The position numbers and the translations under genes are program-made. This document shows positions 27,721 through 36,985 of a stretch of DNA of 64,000 bases, piece after piece. Numbering within the stretch: position 1 is the first letter of the stretch; the number at the start of each line of letters is the position of its first letter. Source of the DNA: an uncultured Chloroflexia bacterium (GTDB lineage: Bacteria > Chloroflexota > Dehalococcoidia > UBA2979); NCBI GenBank assembly GCA_963728205.1, contig CAVSIV010000001.1, positions 768,001 to 832,000 on the forward strand, in the 5' to 3' direction. A model generated the notes under the pieces. It was given only the letters and a program-made list of their open reading frames with translations, was not told the DNA's origin and ran no database searches.

Positions 27721-28895
27721 CGCGCACCTCCCGCACCGGGCACCGGCTCGGCGCGTGCGTGGACCGGATCCACGTACCGCGGCAGGCGGACGGTGAAGAT
27801 CGCGCCGCCGTTCGGCGCGTTCTCGACGTCCACGCTGCCCTCGTGCTCCTTCACGATGCCGTAGAGGATCGACAGCCCGAGTCCGGTGCCCTGGCCCACG
27901 TCCTTGGTCGTGAAGAACGGGTCGAAGATGCGCTGGTGGAGGTCGGCCGGGATGCCCGGACCGGTGTCGCGGACCTCCACTTCGACCACGTCGCGCTGGC
28001 GCTTGCTGGAGATCGCGACACGCCGGATCGGCGCGCCGGCGAGAGCATCGCGCGCGTTGGTGAGCAGGTTAATGAAGACCTGCTCCATCTGGATGCCGTG
28101 TCCGAGCACGATCGGATCCTCGGGCGTGAGGTCGAGGCTGACCTCGATCTGGCGCAGGCGCAGCTGCTCCTGCATCAGCGAGACGGAGCGCTCGATGGCT
28201 TCGTTGAGCGAGATCGGCTCCTTGGTCAGCGGCGCCGCACGCCCGAAGGTTCGCAGGTGCGAGATGATCTCGGTCGCCTTGCGCACCTGCTGCATCGCCT
28301 TCGTGAGCTCTTCGGTCATGCGCTCCCGGTGCGTGTGTCCGAGCGCGAGCTGGTCGATCACGTTGCCGATGTAGAGCCCGATGTTGTTGAGCGGGTTGTT
28401 CAGCTCGTGCGCGACGCCGGTCGTGAGCTCGCCGAGTGTCGCCAGCTTCGCGGTCTGGACGAGCTGCTCCTGCTTCTCGCGCAGCTCCTGCTCGCGCTGC
28501 TGGATCGCCTCCGTCGTGTCGCGGAGGTCGCTCATGATGTGGATCATCGCCTTGCGGCTGTCTTCCAGCCTCAGCTTCGACCCGTGCAGGTCCTGGAGGA
28601 TGTGCATCACGGCGCGGCGCGAGCGGTCGAGACGGGCGGCCTGCTCGGCGAGCTGGCGGCGGTCGCGCTCGTAGTCGATCAGGATGTGCAGCATCGCCTT
28701 GCGCTGGTCGGAGAGGCGCCGGTTCCGCTCCGCCAGGTCGAGCATGATGTGGAGCATCGCGCGGCGGCGGTCCTCGCCTTCGCGCAGCCGCTTCTCGAGG
28801 GTCTCGATGCGCGCGCGCAGACGCTCGTCCGCTTCGACGAGTGTCTCCTGCGTGAGCGGGTCCGCTCCGACCAACGGGACGAGCTCAGTCACCAT
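27717..28895 (-). CDS. cytoplasmic NtrB-like histidine kinase with repetitive N-terminal coiled coil and no sensor domain
   Basis: LATLGELTTGVAHELNNPL, QVFINLLTNARDA, DTGPGI, FDPFFTTK, GTGLGL; four R(R/K)A(M/V)xHIxxD repeats. Confidence 0.92.
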   Translation of the reverse strand: MVTELVPLVGADPLTQETLVEADERLRARIETLEKRLREGEDRRRAMLHIMLDLAERNRRLSDQRKAMLHILIDYERDRRQLAEQAARLDRSRRAVMHILQDLHGSKLRLEDSRKAMIHIMSDLRDTTEAIQQREQELREKQEQLVQTAKLATLGELTTGVAHELNNPLNNIGLYIGNVIDQLALGHTHRERMTEELTKAMQQVRKATEIISHLRTFGRAAPLTKEPISLNEAIERSVSLMQEQLRLRQIEVSLDLTPEDPIVLGHGIQMEQVFINLLTNARDALAGAPIRRVAISSKRQRDVVEVEVRDTGPGIPADLHQRIFDPFFTTKDVGQGTGLGLSILYGIVKEHEGSVDVENAPNGGAIFTVRLPRYVDPVHARAEPVPGAGGAR

Positions 28896-30571
28896 CAGGA
28901 CGTGGCCACGCGGCCTCCGCGAAGTTGCTCCATGTCGCTCCGCTGCTTCTCGAGCTCCTTCTCGAGGGCGATCATCTTGAGCTCGCGCCCGACGACCACT
29001 TCCTCGAACTTCTCGAGGTCAAGGATCTTCTCCTGGAGCTCGGACTTGGACTCCTCGAGGTCGCGCACCACGCGCTCGTACGCGCGCATGTCGCGGAGGA
29101 TGCCGATGGCGCCGATCACCTTCCCGTCGACGTCGCGGAGCGCCGAGGCGTTGAGCGTCGTGGGGATCACCTCGCCCGACGCGCTCGTCGGGTTGAGGCT
29201 GGCGTTGCGCGTCACGCCCTTCTCGACCACCTCGCGCAGCGCCTCGGTGAACTGGCGCGTCTCTTCCTGCGAGATGAAGCGCGAGAGGGACTGCTCGACC
29301 ACTTCGTCGGTGCGGAAGCCGAGGAGCCCGGAGACGGCGTCGTTGGCCAGTGTGATCTTGCCTTCGAGGTCCGAGACGAACACGGGGTCGGGGGCGTTCT
29401 CGATCAGGCTCATCGCGAACGCGCGCGCCTTGTCGAGCTCGCGCATGTCGCGAAGGATGCCGATGACGCCGATCACGACGCCGTCGGGGTCGCGCAGGGC
29501 GGACGCGTTGAGGCTCGTGGAGATGACCTCGCCCGAGACGCTTCTCGGGTTGAGGAGCACGTTGCGCGTGACGCCCTTCTCCACCACCTCGCGAAGGGCC
29601 GCAGTGAACTCCCTGGCCTCCTCGGCGGAGATGAACTGGGAGAGCGACTGCTCGACCACCTCGTCGGTGCGGAACCCGAGGAGCTGGAACACCGCGTCGT
29701 TGGCCTGGAGGATCTTCCCTTCGAGGTCCGAGACGAAGACGGGGTCGGGGGCGTTCTTGATCAGGCTCTCGGCGTAGGCGCGGGCTTTGTCGAGCTCGCG
29801 CATGTCGCGGAGGATGCCGATGGCGCCGATCACCTCGCCGTCGGGGTCGCGGAGGGCCGACGCGTTGAGCGTGGTGGAGATGACCTCGCCCGAGGCGCTG
29901 CGCGGGTTGAGGAGGACGTTGCGCGTGACGCCCTTCTCGACGACCTCGCGCAGGGCGGCGGTGAACTCGCGCGTCTCCTCGGGGGAGATGAAGCGGGAGA
30001 GCGACTGCTCGACGACTTCGTCGGGGCGGAAGCCGAGCAGCTGGGAGACCGCGTCGTTGGCGAGGGTGATCTTGCCCTCGAGGTCCGAGACGAACACGGG
30101 GTCGGGGGCGTTCTTGATCAGGCTCTCGGCGTAGGCGCGGGCTTTGTCGAGCTCGCGCATGTCGCGGAGGATGCCGATGGCGCCGATCACGACCCCGTCG
30201 GGGTCGCGCAGCGCGGCCGCGTTCAGCGTGGTGGCGATGATCTCGCCGGAGGCGCTGCGCGGGTTGAGGACCGCGTTGCGCGTGACACCGTGCTCCACGA
30301 CCTCGTCGAGGGCGGCGAGGAACTCGCGCGTCTCCTCGGGCGAGATGATGCGGGAGAGCGACTGCTCGACGAGCTCGTCGGGGCGGAAGCCGAGGAGCTC
30401 GAAGACCGCGGCGTTCGCCTGCAGGATCTTGCCTTCGAGATCGGAGACGAACACCGGGTCGGGGGCGTTCGCGATGATGATGTCGGCAGCGAGGGCGCTG
30501 CCGGCGCGTAGCTGATCGCGCTCACGTTCTGCCGTCGCGGTCCGTGCGCGCGCGCCCGAATCAGCCTTCAC
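28895..30571 (-). CDS. four-PAS-domain protein with C-terminal coiled coil (VGRELKM), no output domain
   Basis: Four 119-aa repeats NAPDPVFVSDLEGKI...IGILRDMR; tail LEKFEEVVVGRELKMIALEKEL; start GTG 30571 (SD) or ATG 30628. Confidence 0.88.
   Translation of the reverse strand: MKADSGARARTATAERERDQLRAGSALAADIIIANAPDPVFVSDLEGKILQANAAVFELLGFRPDELVEQSLSRIISPEETREFLAALDEVVEHGVTRNAVLNPRSASGEIIATTLNAAALRDPDGVVIGAIGILRDMRELDKARAYAESLIKNAPDPVFVSDLEGKITLANDAVSQLLGFRPDEVVEQSLSRFISPEETREFTAALREVVEKGVTRNVLLNPRSASGEVISTTLNASALRDPDGEVIGAIGILRDMRELDKARAYAESLIKNAPDPVFVSDLEGKILQANDAVFQLLGFRTDEVVEQSLSQFISAEEAREFTAALREVVEKGVTRNVLLNPRSVSGEVISTSLNASALRDPDGVVIGVIGILRDMRELDKARAFAMSLIENAPDPVFVSDLEGKITLANDAVSGLLGFRTDEVVEQSLSRFISQEETRQFTEALREVVEKGVTRNASLNPTSASGEVIPTTLNASALRDVDGKVIGAIGILRDMRAYERVVRDLEESKSELQEKILDLEKFEEVVVGRELKMIALEKELEKQRSDMEQLRGGRVATS
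29085..30475. repeat. intragenic 357-bp tandem repeat (about 4 copies) encoding the PAS domains
   Basis: TCGAGCTCGCGCATGTCGCG recurs with 357-bp period (about 29433, 29790, 30147). Confidence 0.85.
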
Positions 30572-31032
30572 GATCCTCGCCTCCAGCCCGGGTGAGCCCG
30601 ATCCACGCAAGAAAACCCGCGCCACCATACGCAGGCACTCGGAGGCGGCGTATTGCGGAATCGCGACACGCTGGGACTGGCGATGTTGAGGATTCGTAAC
30701 ACTCGATACAGAGCGGACGCTCGGCGGTCCGCGCAGATGCGCCGGGCGGTCCGGGACGCCGCTGGACGCCCGAGGCCGGGCAAGAGGGCGTCCAGCGGCG
30801 CGACTAGCGGTGGCGACGCCGCGGCGGGTCGATCACGAACAGGCCGACGGCGAGGGGCCGCCGATCGCAATCTGCGCTGCGCGTGGAGCATGACGAGGGA
30901 CCAATGGCCGGTCTTCCGGGTGACCTTCGCCCCGGGGACGAGGCCCGCCTCGGCTCATCCTCGACCCGGGCGCGGCCTATGATGGCGCCGCTGCGCTCGT
31001 CCGGTCGGACGCGGCCGCTTTCGAGGGAGGGC

Positions 31033-32412
31033 ATGACGATGGCGGACCAGTACAAGTACCTGCTCGAAGAATCCGAGATCCCCACGCACTGGTACAACAT
31101 CGCCGCCGACCTGCCGAACCCGCCATCGCCGCCGCTGCACCCGGGCACCGGGCAGCCGATCGGCCCGGACGACCTCGCGCCGCTGTTCCCGATGGGCGTG
31201 ATCATGCAGGAGGTCGCGACCGACCGCTGGATCGAGATCCCGGAGCCGGTGCGCGAGGCCTACAAGAACTACCGACCGTCCCCGCTCTACCGCGCACACC
31301 GGCTGGAGCGCGCGCTGCAGACGCCGGCGCACATCTACTACAAGTACGAGGGTGCGAGCCCGGTGGGCTCGCACAAGGTGAACTCGGCGCTCGCGCAGGT
31401 CTACCTGAACAAGCAGGAGGGCGTGAAGCGCATCACCACCGAGACGGGCGCCGGCCAGTGGGGCTCCGCGCTCGCCTACGCGTGCCAGATGTTCGGCATC
31501 GAGCTGAAGGTCTACATGGTGCGCGTGTCCTACGAGCAGAAGCCGTACCGCAAGGCGATGATGAAGGTCTACGGGGCCGACGTCGTCCCGAGCCCGAGCC
31601 CCGACACCGAGGCCGGCCGCCAGGTGCTCGCCGCCGACCCCGACTCGCGCGGGTCGCTGGGCATCGCCATCAGCGAGGCCGTCCAGGATGCGGCGAGCCG
31701 CGAGGACACGAAGTACTCGCTGGGCTCGGTGCTGAACCACGTCCTCATGCACCAGACGGTGATCGGCCAGGAGGCCATCAAGCAGATGGAGAAGGCCGGC
31801 GAGATGCCGGACGTCGTCATCGGCTGCGTCGGCGGCGGGTCCAACTACGCGGGGCTCGCGTTCCCGTTCATGCAGGGCGTGCTCAAGGGCGAGCAGGGTC
31901 CGCGCTTCCTGGCCGCCGAGCCGGCGTCGTGCCCGTCGCTGACCAAGGGCCTCTACACGTACGACTTCGGCGACACGGTGGGACTGACGCCGCTGGTGCG
32001 GATGTACACGCTCGGGCACTCGTTCATGCCGCCGTCGATCCACGCGGGCGGGCTGCGCTACCACGGCATGGCGCCGCTCATGAGCCAGCTGCACCAGGAG
32101 GGGTTCGTCGACGCGGTCGCGCACCCGCAGCTGAAGGTGTTCGACGCGGCGGTTCAGTTCGCGCGCGCCGAGGGCATCATCCCGGCGCCCGAGTCGGCGC
32201 ACGCGATCCGCTCGGCGATCGACGAGGCGCTGGCGGCGCGCGAGGCCGGCGAGGCGCGCGTGATCCTGTTCAACCTCTCCGGTCACGGCATGCTCGACCT
32301 CGGCGCGTACGAGCAGTACTTCAACGGCGAGCTCGAGGACTACGAGTACCCCGCGGACCGCATCGCGGAGGCGCTCAAGGGCATCCCGCAGATCGCCGGC
32401 GCGAACGCCTAG
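31033..32412 (+). CDS. trpB2: tryptophan synthase beta chain, TrpB2 type
   Basis: [26 protein letters not shown] (PLP Lys), [25 protein letters not shown]. Confidence 0.95.
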   Translation: MTMADQYKYLLEESEIPTHWYNIAADLPNPPSPPLHPGTGQPIGPDDLAPLFPMGVIMQEVATDRWIEIPEPVREAYKNYRPSPLYRAHRLERALQTPAHIYYKYEGASPVGSHKVNSALAQVYLNKQEGVKRITTETGAGQWGSALAYACQMFGIELKVYMVRVSYEQKPYRKAMMKVYGADVVPSPSPDTEAGRQVLAADPDSRGSLGIAISEAVQDAASREDTKYSLGSVLNHVLMHQTVIGQEAIKQMEKAGEMPDVVIGCVGGGSNYAGLAFPFMQGVLKGEQGPRFLAAEPASCPSLTKGLYTYDFGDTVGLTPLVRMYTLGHSFMPPSIHAGGLRYHGMAPLMSQLHQEGFVDAVAHPQLKVFDAAVQFARAEGIIPAPESAHAIRSAIDEALAAREAGEARVILFNLSGHGMLDLGAYEQYFNGELEDYEYPADRIAEALKGIPQIAGANA

Positions 32413-32863
32413 CGGATCGCGTCCCGGTAGGCGAGTCCCGTTGGGGTGAACGTGCCGGCGCGGATGGCGTCGACGGCCGCGGCGTTGGTCGTGGCCGACA
32501 GCTTCGCGTAGGGCAGCTCGCTCGTGGTCGGGCCATAGGCGACCGTCGCCCAAAAGTACGTCATCCAGAACGGCGACGCGTACAGGACGCCGTTCGCGCG
32601 TGCGTAGCGGGCCGTCAGCGCGAAGAACCGCGCGTCGAACGGCTCCCAGAACGAGAATGCGTCGCGCGCGAACAGTTCCGCGGCCTGCCCAGAGACGACG
32701 CGCTGCTCGACGGCGAAGGTCGTGCCGTGCGTGCGCACCGCTGCGCGACGGCTTCGTAGAACCCGAGAGAGTCGGCGCTCCGCGGCCAGTTCGGGGCGAG
32801 CCGGGGGAAACTGATCGTGACGGTGGCGCCGCGAATGCCGGGCTGTGCGAAGCGGTCGAGATC
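32409..32863 (-). pseudogene. degraded remnant of a hydrolase-like gene (frameshift, probable internal deletion, no start)
   Basis: DLDRFAQPGIRGATVTISFP...FYEAVA in one frame continues as AVRTHGTTFAVEQ...FARDAFSFW...YASPFW in another; shift near 32742. Confidence 0.5.
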
Positions 32864-32937
32864 GGGTCGACGCGTCGAGCGTGACCGGGTCGAGGAGCGC
32901 CGGGCTCGCCGGTCCCCGCCTCGCCGGCGAGCGACGA

Positions 32938-32967
32938 TTGACATGTATCGCTCTATCGGCATATAAA
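32938..32967 (+). promoter_or_regulatory. sigma70/SigA promoter for a leaderless arsR-family transcript
   Basis: TTGACA (32938-43), 18 nt, TATAAA (32962-67); ATG 5 nt downstream, no SD. Confidence 0.75.
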
Positions 32968-32972
32968 CAGAT

Positions 32973-33314
32973 ATGCCTCCAACGCACCCCGTCCTCGTTC
33001 CCGACAGCCTGCTCGACCGCGTCGCTCAGCGCTTCCGCGTGCTCGGCGACGCCAGCCGGCTCGCGATCCTGCGGCTGCTCGTCGATCGCGGCGAGCTCAC
33101 CGTCGGCACGATCGTCGACTCGCTGCACATGAGCCAGGCGAACGTCAGCAAGCACCTGCGGCTGCTGCTCGACGCGGGCATCGTGGAGCGCCGCGCCGAG
33201 GGCACGAGCCGCTACTTCCGCGTCGTCGACGACAGCGTCGAGCAGGTCTGCTCGCTCGTCTGCGACCGCATCGCATCCCAGGTCCAGGCACAGGCGCTCG
33301 CCCTGAGGCGCTGA
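32973..33314 (+). CDS. ArsR/SmtB-family repressor with C-terminal CxxxC
   Basis: FRVLGDASRLAIL, SQANVSKHL, VCSLVC. Confidence 0.92.
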   Translation: MPPTHPVLVPDSLLDRVAQRFRVLGDASRLAILRLLVDRGELTVGTIVDSLHMSQANVSKHLRLLLDAGIVERRAEGTSRYFRVVDDSVEQVCSLVCDRIASQVQAQALALRR

Positions 33315-33416
33315 ACCTCGCCGCGGAAGCCGCGGCCTGCCCGGCGGCGCCGTTGCGCGTCAGATCATCGTTTCATCGGCAAGCAGTTGTTCATCTAGCG
33401 GAGGAGACCCCGGAAG

Positions 33417-33740
33417 ATGCCCCTGACCCACCAGTCGATCGAGGTGACCCCGCAGGACGCGTTCGCGCTCGCCGAGGCCGGCGAAGGCGTCGTGGTCGAC
33501 GTCCGCGAGCCCTGGGAGTGGGCGACCGGCCACGCCGCCGGCGCCGTCCACATCGCGCTCTACGGCCTGCCGCAGCGCCACCGCGAGCTGCCGAAGGAGC
33601 GCACGATCCTCTGCATCTGCGCGAGCGGGAACCGCAGCCTCGCCGCCGCGGACTACCTGCGGCAGCTCGGCTTCGACGCGCGCTCGGTCTCCGGCGGCAC
33701 GACGCTCTGGTCGCTGCACCGCCTGCCGATGGAGGCGTAG
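33417..33740 (+). CDS. rhodanese-like sulfurtransferase
   Basis: VDVREPWEWATGH, CASGNRS. Confidence 0.92.
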   Translation: MPLTHQSIEVTPQDAFALAEAGEGVVVDVREPWEWATGHAAGAVHIALYGLPQRHRELPKERTILCICASGNRSLAAADYLRQLGFDARSVSGGTTLWSLHRLPMEA

Positions 33741-33742
33741 CG

Positions 33743-34480
33743 ATGCTGCTCACGGTCACCGCCGGCCTCGCCACCGGGCTCGCGCTCGGCGCGGTCGGCG
33801 GCGGCGGGTCGATCCTGCTCGTGCCGCTGCTCGTGCTCGTGTTCGGGCGCGACGCGCACGCCGCGTCCGGCACGGCGCTGGCCGTGGTCGGCGCGACCGC
33901 GCTGCTCGGCGCCGCGCTCCACGCGCGGGCGGGGCACGTGCGGATACGCGAGGCGGCGCTGTTCGCGGTGCCGGGCATCGCGGCTGCGGCCGTCGCCGCG
34001 CCGGTGAACCAGCGCATTCCCGGCGAGGCGCTGCTCGGCGCGATTGCGGTGCTGATGCTCGTGGTCGCGTGGCGCATGTGGCGCCCGTCGGCGCCCGCGG
34101 CCGGGCGCCGGCCGGCGCCGGTGGTGATTGCCGCCGGCGCGGCGTCGGGCGCGCTGACCGGCGTGCTCGGCGTCGGCGGCGGGTTCGTGATCGTGCCGGC
34201 GCTGGTGCTGGCGCTCGGCATGCCGATGGCCGACGCCGTCGGCACGTCGCTCGCGGTGATCGCCGCGAACGCGGCGGCCGCGCTCGGCGGGTACTGGTTG
34301 AGCGGCGACGTCGAGGTTGCGCTCGCGGCGGTGCTCGCCGCCGGCGCCGGCCTCGGCGTGCTGTCCGGCTCCGCCGTCGCGCGCCGCGCGGGCTCCGTGC
34401 GCCTGCAGCGCGCGTTCGCGGTGATGCTGGTGCTCGTTGCCGTCTACACGGGGGTGCGCGAGGCCGTGCTCGTCGCCTGA
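33743..34480 (+). CDS. TauE/SafE-family sulfite exporter
   Basis: GAVGGGGSILLVP, GVLGVGGGFVIVPAL, AVGTSL. Confidence 0.92.
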   Translation: MLLTVTAGLATGLALGAVGGGGSILLVPLLVLVFGRDAHAASGTALAVVGATALLGAALHARAGHVRIREAALFAVPGIAAAAVAAPVNQRIPGEALLGAIAVLMLVVAWRMWRPSAPAAGRRPAPVVIAAGAASGALTGVLGVGGGFVIVPALVLALGMPMADAVGTSLAVIAANAAAALGGYWLSGDVEVALAAVLAAGAGLGVLSGSAVARRAGSVRLQRAFAVMLVLVAVYTGVREAVLVA

Positions 34481-34527
34481 CGGCGGCGGACCCGGCGCTC
34501 GACGCCCCCCACTGGAGGAGGACTTCG

Positions 34528-35922
34528 ATGGAGATCGTGCAGTTCGTGGCGGACGCGCTCGGCGACGCGTCGTACCTGGTGGTCGGCGGCGGCGAGGCCG
34601 TCGTGATCGACCCCCAGCGCGACGTGCGCCCGTACGTCGCGGCAGCCGAAGCGCGCGGCGTGCCGATCACGCGCGTCTTCGAGACGCACGTCCACAACGA
34701 CTACATCTCCGGCGGCCCCGAGCTCGCCGCGCGCGGCGCCGAGATCGTCGCGCCCGCCGAGGCCGGGCTGCAGTTCGCACACCGGCCCGTGGCCGACGGC
34801 GAGGAGATCGCGGTCGGCGCCGCGCGCATCCGCGCGGTGCGGGCGCCCGGGCACACGCACCACCACACCGCCTACCTCGCGATCGACGAGCATGGCACGG
34901 TCGCGGCGGCGTTCACCGGCGGCTCGATCATCATCGGCGGCGCCGGCCGCACGGACCTGCTCGGGCCCGACGAGACCGAGACGCTGACGCGCCTGCAATG
35001 GGAGAGCGCGCAGCGGCTGGCGACGCTCGTGCCGGGCGAGGCGGAGTTGCTGCCAACGCACGGCGCCGGCTCGTTCTGCTCGTCGCAGCAGTGCGGCGGC
35101 GAGCGCCGCGCGCCGCTGGCGGTGGAGCGCCCGCGCAACATCGTGCTCGCGAGCCCGGACTTCGCGACGTTCCGCGCGCTGCATCTCGCGAACCCGGCGC
35201 CGATCCCCGCGTACTACCGCCACATGGCGCCCATCAACCGCGAGGGGCCACGCATCCTCGGCGCGCCGCCGCGGCCGGAGGCGCTGACGCCGACGTCGAC
35301 GATCGAGGCGCTGCAGTCCGGCACGCCGCTCGTCGACGTGCGCAGCCGGCTGGACTTCGCGCGGGCGCACGTGCCCGGCGCGATCTCGATCGAGGAGGGC
35401 GAGTCGATGCTCGCGTTCCTCGGCTGGACGCTCCCGTTCGACAGCGCGCTGGTCCTGGTCACCGACGGGCCCGCGCAGGCGGACCGCGTGACGACGGACC
35501 TCGCGCGCATCGGCTACGAGGAGGTGCGCGGCTACCTGCCGTTCGCGGCGTGGCGCGCCGCGGGCGCACCCGTCGGCCGGCTCGACACCGTCGACCGCGT
35601 GCAGGCGGCGCGGCTGCTCGCCGCGGGGACGCTGCCGGTGTACGACGTGCGCTTCGCGAGCGACCTGCGCGCGCTGCCGCTCGCGGGCGCCGCGCACATG
35701 CCGTTCGACCGCGTAGCCGAGTGGGTCCCGGAGATCGACGACCAGGAGATGCTCCTGGTCTGCGGCGGCGGCAGCCGCGCCGCGACCGCGGCGAGCCTCC
35801 TCAAGAACGCCGGCCGGCGGCCGCGGGCGCTCGTCGACGGTGGAGTGGCGGACGTGCTCGAAGTGCTCGACCGCGGCCGCGGGCACGCTGCCGACCTGGA
35901 GGACGACGCCGTCGCGGTGTGA
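34528..35922 (+). CDS. MBL-fold persulfide dioxygenase-rhodanese fusion (CstB-like)
   Basis: IDPQRD, ETHVHNDYISG, PGHT, GRTDL, PTHGAGSFC, two rhodanese-like domains (CGGGSRA). Confidence 0.88.
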   Translation: MEIVQFVADALGDASYLVVGGGEAVVIDPQRDVRPYVAAAEARGVPITRVFETHVHNDYISGGPELAARGAEIVAPAEAGLQFAHRPVADGEEIAVGAARIRAVRAPGHTHHHTAYLAIDEHGTVAAAFTGGSIIIGGAGRTDLLGPDETETLTRLQWESAQRLATLVPGEAELLPTHGAGSFCSSQQCGGERRAPLAVERPRNIVLASPDFATFRALHLANPAPIPAYYRHMAPINREGPRILGAPPRPEALTPTSTIEALQSGTPLVDVRSRLDFARAHVPGAISIEEGESMLAFLGWTLPFDSALVLVTDGPAQADRVTTDLARIGYEEVRGYLPFAAWRAAGAPVGRLDTVDRVQAARLLAAGTLPVYDVRFASDLRALPLAGAAHMPFDRVAEWVPEIDDQEMLLVCGGGSRAATAASLLKNAGRRPRALVDGGVADVLEVLDRGRGHAADLEDDAVAV

Positions 35923-35952
35923 CGCGGCGCGCCGAGCGCGCACGGGCGGACG

Positions 35953-36873
35953 CTACCGGTAGGCCTGCGAGAAGTACGTCCAGGTCAGCCACGAGATCGC
36001 CTGCCCGAGCGGGATGTCCGCGTACTGCTCGGGCACCCACTGCGAGAAGAACGAGATCGCGTACGCGTAGGTCTGTCCGCCGCGCTCGAAGCGCACGATG
36101 CCGATGTCGTTGTCGATCCACTGGCCGTTCGTGGTCGGGGCGAAGCCGTTCTTGTGGCTGACGAGCGCGCCGGCGTCGGGGCCGACGGCGGCGAGGTAGT
36201 TGAGGCCGGGCTTCACCTTCGTCATCGCCGTGAGCAGGTAGTCGCGCCACTGCCGCGTGAGCCCGGCGCCGGCGTAGAACTGCGCCAGAGCGGAGTTCGC
36301 GTCGAGTGCGGTCATCCAGTTGTTCCAGTCGTCCGGGTTCGGGTGCAGCGACTCGGCGCCGTACGCCGGCGGGTGGTCGAGCACCGTGTGGTCGAGCGCC
36401 ATGGCGCGCAGCCGGTCGGTGACGCGCTGCGCGCCGGCCAGGACGTCGCCGTCGCCGGCGATGCCGTAGAGCGTGTGCGCCGTGACCGCGTTGCTGCTGT
36501 AGAGCGTCCGCGCGATCAGGTCGTCCACGGTCGACTGCGGATAGCGCCCGTTCTGCACGTCCGCCACGACCTGCAGGAGCAGGACGAAGTTGATCGAGCA
36601 TGCGGCGAGCTGGGGCTGCTCGCCGTTGACCGAGATCGTCTCGCCGGACTGGAGGTCGGTGACGGCGGCCGCGTACTCGCCGGGCACCGCGTAATCGGCG
36701 ATCTGCGCCGCGATCTCGCGCTGGAGGTCCTGGAGGGTCGCGGGCGGCGCGGACGCGCCGGGCTCGGCGTATGCGCGCGCGCCCGGCGCTGCGAGAGCGA
36801 GCAGCGCGGCGACGCCGAGGGCGGCGAGCCACACGGCGAGTCCCCGGAACGACCTGATCACGGCGGCCTCCAT
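35953..36873 (-). CDS. secreted class A beta-lactamase-fold protein with a non-canonical active site
   Basis: Signal peptide; AAVTDLQSGE, AACSIN (SxxK position), YSSN, HKNG, NDIGIV. Confidence 0.78.
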   Translation of the reverse strand: MEAAVIRSFRGLAVWLAALGVAALLALAAPGARAYAEPGASAPPATLQDLQREIAAQIADYAVPGEYAAAVTDLQSGETISVNGEQPQLAACSINFVLLLQVVADVQNGRYPQSTVDDLIARTLYSSNAVTAHTLYGIAGDGDVLAGAQRVTDRLRAMALDHTVLDHPPAYGAESLHPNPDDWNNWMTALDANSALAQFYAGAGLTRQWRDYLLTAMTKVKPGLNYLAAVGPDAGALVSHKNGFAPTTNGQWIDNDIGIVRFERGGQTYAYAISFFSQWVPEQYADIPLGQAISWLTWTYFSQAYR

Positions 36874-36985
36874 CGACGCGGGCCCCCCCGGGGGCTCCGG
36901 TTCGAACGTACGGCGGCGGACCCAGCGCTCACAGGGACGATCGGCCCGCCGCGCGGGTGTCCAGCGGTGCGATTCGACAGCCAGG

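Noticed and set aside
34528-35922. Metallo-beta-lactamase resistance gene
   Set aside because: Motifs, rhodanese fusion and operon context indicate a persulfide dioxygenase
35953-36873. Functional beta-lactam resistance gene
   Set aside because: Lacks the SxxK motif and an obvious Glu166 equivalent
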